A DNA stretch of 64,000 nt. Origin: Eledone cirrhosa (taxonomy: Eukaryota). The stretch is taken from positions 17,980,001 through 18,044,000 of the forward strand of contig OZ024766.1 in the NCBI GenBank assembly GCA_964016885.1, given 5' to 3'. Both the position numbers and the translations under genes were made by a program. Shown piece by piece: positions 57,748-64,000 of this stretch. How positions within the stretch are numbered: position 1 is the stretch's first letter; the number at the start of each line of letters is the position of its first letter. The notes under the pieces are model-generated. The model worked only from the letters and a program-made list of their open reading frames with translations. It was not told the DNA's origin and did no database searches.

Positions 57748-58040
57748 GTAAATACCGTCCCCTTGAGTGTCACTCAGTACCCTTTGAGTGTCGTTCACTA
57801 CCACCCGAGTGTCACTTAACTGCCCGCCAACCGAATCTGAATGAACTTCCGACTAACAGCTAATATGATAACTCGAGTGTCACTCGAGTGTCACTCGAGT
57901 GTCACTTGAGTGTCACTCACTACAACCAACCGAGTCTAACTTATTACCACTAACAGCTAATATATTTCTCTTCCTTTTTTTCCAGCATCTCCCCCCCCCT
58001 CTCTCTCTCTCTCGCTCCATCTCTCCCCTCCCTCTCTCTT

Positions 58041-58087
<47 letters not shown>

Positions 58088-58248
58088 ATATTATATATTT
58101 ATCTATCTATCTGTCTATATATCTTTATCTTTATATATATATATATCCATATATATATATATATATAACACCCTCTCTCTCTCTCTCTATTTATATATAT
58201 ATATATATTATAATATATTTATCTATCTATTTGTCTATATATCTTTAT

Positions 58249-58288
<40 letters not shown>

Positions 58289-58303
58289 ATATATATATAT
58301 GAC

Positions 58304-58334
<31 letters not shown>

Positions 58335-58885
58335 ACATCTCTCTCTCACACACGCTCTCTCTCACACACGCTCTCTCTCTCTCTCCATCTCTCCCCCATC
58401 TCCTATCTACAGATTTCTTTTACAGCAGCTTGTGACATGAAACCCCCGGTCCAAACCTCCCACCTCTCTATCTCTGTGTTATATCCTAATGATAAACCCC
58501 CCTGATGATGATGAAATGTCTTATAATCCGAATAATTAGTAGAAATAGTATCTTTAATATAACTTATTACTATAGTATCTTGCTGTGATTATATTTTATT
58601 TATTTTTTATTGTTTTTACACCCTCCCCTCTCTCTCTCCTTCTTTATGTGTGTTTTTCATTTTTTTCTGATTAATTTATTTTTTATTTTTTGCGTGAGTA
58701 AAAAGAAAAAAGAAAGAAAAAAACGAAAGAATTTTCTTTTTCTCCTCTTTTTCTATTTTTCATCTAAAATCTTTGTCTTTTTCCCCTTTGTGTTATTTTC
58801 CTCTTCTTTGCCCCCACCTCCCCCCATGTATATATGCACATATATATATACTTGTATATATTATACTCATATTATATATATATAC

Positions 58886-58920
<35 letters not shown>

Positions 58921-58921
58921 C

Positions 58922-58964
<43 letters not shown>

Positions 58965-59149
58965 TATATACACATATATATACATACATATACACACATA
59001 TGCGTGTGTGTATATTGCGCAGCGCAGAGAGAAAATTCAAAAAATAAAAAACAAAACAAAACAAAATACTTAGACATAAGTAAATATACAAACCTATAAA
59101 ATACAATTGCTAACAAACAGTGGCGCCCTCTTTGTTGTGCTTCCTGCAG

Positions 59150-59228
59150 ACTAGAAAAAGAAAAACAGGAATTGAAAGAGCGAAATGAAGAGGTCTTGAT
59201 TGACATGAAACAGCGTGAAAAAATGATG
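59150..59228 (+). CDS. Mhc: Mhc S2/LMM hinge mutually exclusive exon b ([26 protein letters not shown])
   Basis: gctaac branch point, pyrimidine tract, gcag|A CTA...ATG|gtaaaa; 79 nt with identical phase to exon a and shared LEKEK start. Confidence 0.88.
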
Positions 59229-59687
59229 GTAAAATAAATATATATATACATATATATAAAACATATATATACGTATATATAAAACATATATATACATATA
59301 TTCAAAAAATATGTATTCATATATATAAAAGATATATATAATATATATACATATATATACATATATATAAAAGATATATATACATATGTATAAAACATAT
59401 ATATACATATATATAAAATATATATATACATATATATAAAAGATATATACAATATATACAGCTGCCACTCACCATGTTGCCTCTACACGCCTTCATCGAT
59501 GCTGTTCGTTATTATTATTATTACTATTATTATTATTATTACTATTGGTATTACTACTGTTACTGTTACTAGACGCATTAACGCTACTATTACTGTTGTT
59601 TCTATCGCCTTTCTCGCGGCTTTCATTTCAACGAGATCCTATGCACAGAGCCCACCACTGTTTGCACGGTCGTCACAATTGTTTTAC

Positions 59688-59719
<32 letters not shown>

Positions 59720-59931
59720 GTTCTTTCACTGAACAGGACACTTTAGAAAAAAATAATTTTGCTATCGATTTTTTTTTTTTTATTGCTCAACGTCGGTCGA
59801 TTTGAAAATATTTTGCGATGTGACCATCGCAGCGACAGGTGCAACGTGCACAGAAAATTTGGTCAAATTCGGTTGGGAATTGTAAAAGCCTTAGGTGTCC
59901 AAAGTTGTCCACAGACACACACACATCCTCG

Positions 59932-59983
<52 letters not shown>

Positions 59984-60059
59984 TATTATTATTAAAGTAC
60001 CAGTAATGCACTGGGGTAATTGCTGGCCTTGTGCCTAAAGTAGAAACAATTATTATTCT

Positions 60060-60445
60060 TATTCTTCTTCTTATTATTATTATTGTTCTTTGAGTCTCAG
60101 TCATTGATGTTAGTTAACTGGAAAGTTTGTTGGAATGAATATCAAGCCACTACCTGCAGCCTCAGATATTCAGGACGTATCGGAGGGTTCTTGCTGTTCC
60201 CAGCAAGCATGCCTTTTGAAGCGTTCCAAAAAGCGTGAAGGGGCCGATTTTCTTTAACCATCCCTGGAAACTTTTTGAGATAGACCCCAGTGCCCCTATG
60301 ACAATGGGGACCACTTTGACTTCATGGCAGTTCCAAATCCTTTTTACCTCCCACTTTAAGTCCTGGTATCGGTTAATTTTCTCCCTCTCCTTCTCTTGCA
60401 CTCTCGTGTCGAATGGGCAGGCCACATCCACAATCAGGCACGATC
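60060..60445 (-). mobile_element. 3' fragment of an R4/Dong-type non-LTR retrotransposon (restriction-like endonuclease domain)
   Basis: ORF DVACPFD..EKINRYQDLKWE..VVPIVIGALG..LQKACLLGTA; (TAA)n-like tail. Confidence 0.85.
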
Positions 60446-60480
<35 letters not shown>

Positions 60481-60481
<1 letters not shown>

Positions 60482-60648
60482 GGTAGTGTCGGATGCCATG
60501 CTTTGGCGCATGGAGTTACGGCCCTTGGCATTCTGAGTTCAAATCCCCGCCGAGGTTAACTTTGCCTTTCATCCTTACGGGCGTCGATACAATAAAGTAC
60601 CAGTAATACACTGGGGTAATTGCTGGCCTTGTGCCAAAAGTAGAAACA

Positions 60649-60680
<32 letters not shown>
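60481..60680 (+). mobile_element. SINE (second family) with (ATT)n tail
   Basis: B-box gagttcaaatccc; gaggttaactttgcctttcatcc; aaagtagaaacaattattatt. Confidence 0.8.
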
Positions 60681-60681
<1 letters not shown>

Positions 60682-60817
60682 GCTGCACGTGCTGGGTTCT
60701 CGGTCTCAAATGCACAACAACACCACCACCGCCGCCATTATCACCACCACCACCACCACCACCACCACCACAATGCAAAAGCTTAAAAAGCTTCGTTCAT
60801 CGTTTTTTAAGTGAAAT

Positions 60818-60874
<57 letters not shown>

Positions 60875-60953
60875 TATACATATATATGTGTGTATATATA
60901 TGTATGTATATATTATGTATGCCATTTATATATATATATATATATATTCCATA

Positions 60954-60995
<42 letters not shown>

Positions 60996-60998
60996 TAT

Positions 60999-61056
<58 letters not shown>

Positions 61057-61406
61057 ATAAATAGGTAGGTTGTTAAAACAAATACAATCAAGATGGCCTC
61101 CGTTAATGACATCGCAAATTTTTCAATATGGCGGCTCACTTGTTTTCAGCGGCCATATTGTTTTCTTCTTTTTCTTTTCTTTCTTTTCTTTATTTTACTT
61201 TCGTTTATATTTTTACTGCATGCATACATTAACACTTAACACCCCTTTTTAGGATTTAGCTGAAAGTACATAGAGATCCGTTGTTTTTTCTATTTATTAA
61301 TTTTTAATTCAAACTAGTAGAAAATCCGCCCCACGTGGTGTCTTCTGCTAGCATGTGTAGTGTGTATATTGATATTATACACAAATATATACACATGTAG
61401 TTATTT

Positions 61407-61630
61407 TAGGATCGATCGACTTTCGTCAAATCGGACCGAGGAGACAATGTTTCCGTAGGTCTTTCGAATTGCTAGTACTATCTATCGGTCGCAACTCCGG
61501 GTAGAAGGAGCAACGTGAAATAAAGTGTCTTGCTCAAGGACATAACGCATCTCGTGGTCCGTGAATCGAACTCACAACCTCATGATTGCGAATCCAATTC
61601 TCTAACCACTAGGCCACACGCCTTCACTAA
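61407..61630 (-). mobile_element. tRNA-derived SINE, inverted close relative of 44823-45045
   Basis: Full-length reverse-complement similarity including the tail. Confidence 0.85.
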
Positions 61631-62564
61631 CATGTAGATATGATACGTCAAATAAAATCGTAATTGACAATATACACGGAAATTGAAGAGAGACTGTGTT
61701 ACACTCTCTTATGAAATCAGTAAAGTAATCCATGATACATTTAAAAAAAAAAAAAACGATATTATATATAAACTGCATATATCATGAACTAAAATGTTAT
61801 GAAAACGAAAAAAGGAGAAAATTAGCGACGGAAATATAAACCTTATATAATGATGCAAATATATGAACATTTATATAAGCGATGTAATAAGTGTTATGAC
61901 ATAATGGACGCTAACCGGGAGTGTTGAATCTTTAAATAAGCAATAAAATTATTTATATTTAATCAACAGCAAATATATGAACATTTATATAAGCGATGTA
62001 ATAAGTGTTATGACATAATGGACGCTAACCGGGAGTGTTAAATCTTTAAATAAGCAATAAAATTATTTATATTTAATCAACAGCTACGAAATTTAGTAGA
62101 TAAATTATGTAATATCCATTCGTTATTTATTCAAAGTAATCCAACTTATTTTACAAACGGGATAAAAAATATATTCTGGACGTAGTCCAGCCCTCTCCCT
62201 TTATTATAGTTATGATATTTAAACTTGTGAACAGATCGTTGGGAAAATTTGCAGTTTATAGTATCTTTACTAGTGGACTAAATGTTTATAGTATCTTTAC
62301 TAGTGGACTAAATGTTTATAGTATCTTTACTAGTGGACTAAATGTTTATAGTATCTTTACTAGTGGACTAAATGTTTATAGTATCTTTACTAGTGAACAG
62401 ATTGTTGTGAAAATTTACAGTATTACAATAAAGACTTTAATATCTAATGTGATGCAATCTTAGTATTATTTTCACCACCAGGTGGCAGTGTAGTAACTAA
62501 ATCAGAATATTAATTGCATGTAAACCGTTTTTGCATGGTTGTTGTTGTTATTATTATTATTATT

Positions 62565-62743
62565 ATGGTGGATTGGCAGTATCGGTAGAGGGTCGGACGC
62601 CACGCATAGAGTTACGGCCCTTTCCAATCTGAGTTCAAATCCCGCCGAGGTTAACTTTGCCTTTCATCCTTACGGAGTCGATAAAATAAAGTACCAGTAA
62701 TACACTGGGATAATTGCTGGCCTTGTGCCAAAAAGTAGAAACA

Positions 62744-62782
<39 letters not shown>
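62565..62782 (+). mobile_element. SINE (second family)
   Basis: A-box-like tggcagtatcgg, B-box gagttcaaatccc, (ATT)n tail. Confidence 0.8.
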
Positions 62783-62994
62783 GTGATGGTTGTCAATGGA
62801 AATAGAAATGATTGTGATTGAATGCGCGGCCACTTATTCACACTCCATAACAAAAGATGGACTGTACCTGTAATTCTGTACGTCAAAGGGCCAGCTTTGT
62901 CATAACTCTGTCATGCTGAATCTCCCTGAGAACTACGTTAAAGGGGGTACTCGTGTCTGTGGAATACTCAGCCAACCACAAAAGTTAAATGCAT

Positions 62995-63500
62995 GGATGA
63001 TGATGATGGTGATGGTTGTGGTGTAGGTGATGATGATGATGATGATGATAAAATATAAGAATGAGATAATGTTGATGATGATGGTGATGATGCTGAAATG
63101 GATGATGATGATGATGATGATGATGGTGGTGCTAACGGTGATGATGATGATGATGATGATGGTGATTGTGAAGATGATGATGATGATGATGATGAAGATA
63201 TACGAATATGATGGCGGCGATGATGATGATGGTGGTGATGATGATGACTATGATGATGATGGATGAGGCTGATGATGATGATGATGATGAGGCTGATGAT
63301 GATGATAGTCATGATGATGTTAGTGATGTTAGTGATGCTAGTGATGATGATGATGATGATGATGAGGCTGATGATGATGATAGTCATGATGATGTTAGTG
63401 ATGTTAGTGATGCTAGTGATGATGATGATGATGATGATGATGAGGCTGATGATGATGATAGTCATGATGATGATGTTAGTGATGTTAGTGATGATGATGG
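62995..63500. repeat. (GAT)n degenerate array
   Basis: Direct inspection. Confidence 0.9.
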
Positions 63501-63535
63501 TGTTTACCTTGTTGTTATTGTTTCCGTCCGTGTAG

Positions 63536-63781
63536 GGATGTTCCGACAAGATGAGCAAACAGATGGAAGCCCAGCTCGCCGAACTCAACGCCAAGATCGA
63601 CGAACAAGCCAGATCTGTAAGCGAACTCACTTCGCAGAAGTCCAGGCTGCAAGGCGAGAGCGCTGATCTCACCAGGCAACTGGAAGAGGCAGAACACAAC
63701 GTTGGTCAACTGTCCAAGATCAAGAACAACCTTAGCCATCAACTCGAGGAAGCCAAACGTAGCGGTGAAGATGAGGGCAGA
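63536..63781 (+). CDS. Mhc: Mhc LMM exon (GCSDKMSKQMEAQLAELNAKIDEQ...EDEGR); the gene continues beyond the window
   Basis: gtag|GGA...AGA|gtaagt; 246 nt. Confidence 0.94.
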
Positions 63782-63865
63782 GTAAGTAGATTTAGTTTTA
63801 TTTTATATTATAAATGTTTCCAACTGAATAAAAACAAATGGTGGGGTGAACCATGTTATATTTCG

Positions 63866-63931
<66 letters not shown>

Positions 63932-64000
63932 ATATATATCTACATATCTATCTATCTATCTACATATCTCTCTCTCTCTCTATATACATACATATCTCTC

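Noticed and set aside
59737-59805. Possible third hinge exon (cag|gacactttagaaaaa..., 'LEKNN')
   Set aside because: Wrong register for a 79 nt phase 2-0 exon, no coiled-coil character and no matching donor
62968-63699. Asp-rich, Met-rich and Ser-rich ORFs
   Set aside because: (GAT)n array upstream of the real exon at 63536

Overview
AT-rich, microsatellite-dense animal genomic DNA, most likely from an octopod cephalopod (judged from SINE/LINE content and the protein sequence). The whole window is the internal part of one + strand muscle myosin II heavy chain gene (Mhc), running from the switch-1 region of the motor domain through the converter, IQ motifs and S2 to the start of LMM. The 5' and 3' ends lie outside the window. 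All exons were delimited by hand with AG/GT boundaries and consistent phases. The gene contains three pairs of mutually exclusive exons: 93 nt switch-1 (62-154 / 2517-2609), 88 nt post-loop-2 (17261-17348 / 21426-21513) and 79 nt S2/LMM hinge (57669-57747 / 59150-59228). An 18.5 kb intron holds a 238-codon alternative first exon (44065-44778) that splices in frame to the rod exons, giving a headless catchin/myorod-type protein. The introns hold tRNA-derived SINEs, RTE and R4/Dong LINE fragments, tandem arrays and fold-back elements. They also hold a family of minimal type-I hammerhead ribozyme motifs with compensatory base changes, one of which is sense to the pre-mRNA and paired with its own antisense copy. 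Candidate splicing-control elements (structured GC-rich island, CUAAC repeats, AG-exclusion zones, decoy splice sites) flank the alternative exons. Nearly all other ORF-track entries are microsatellite artefacts.
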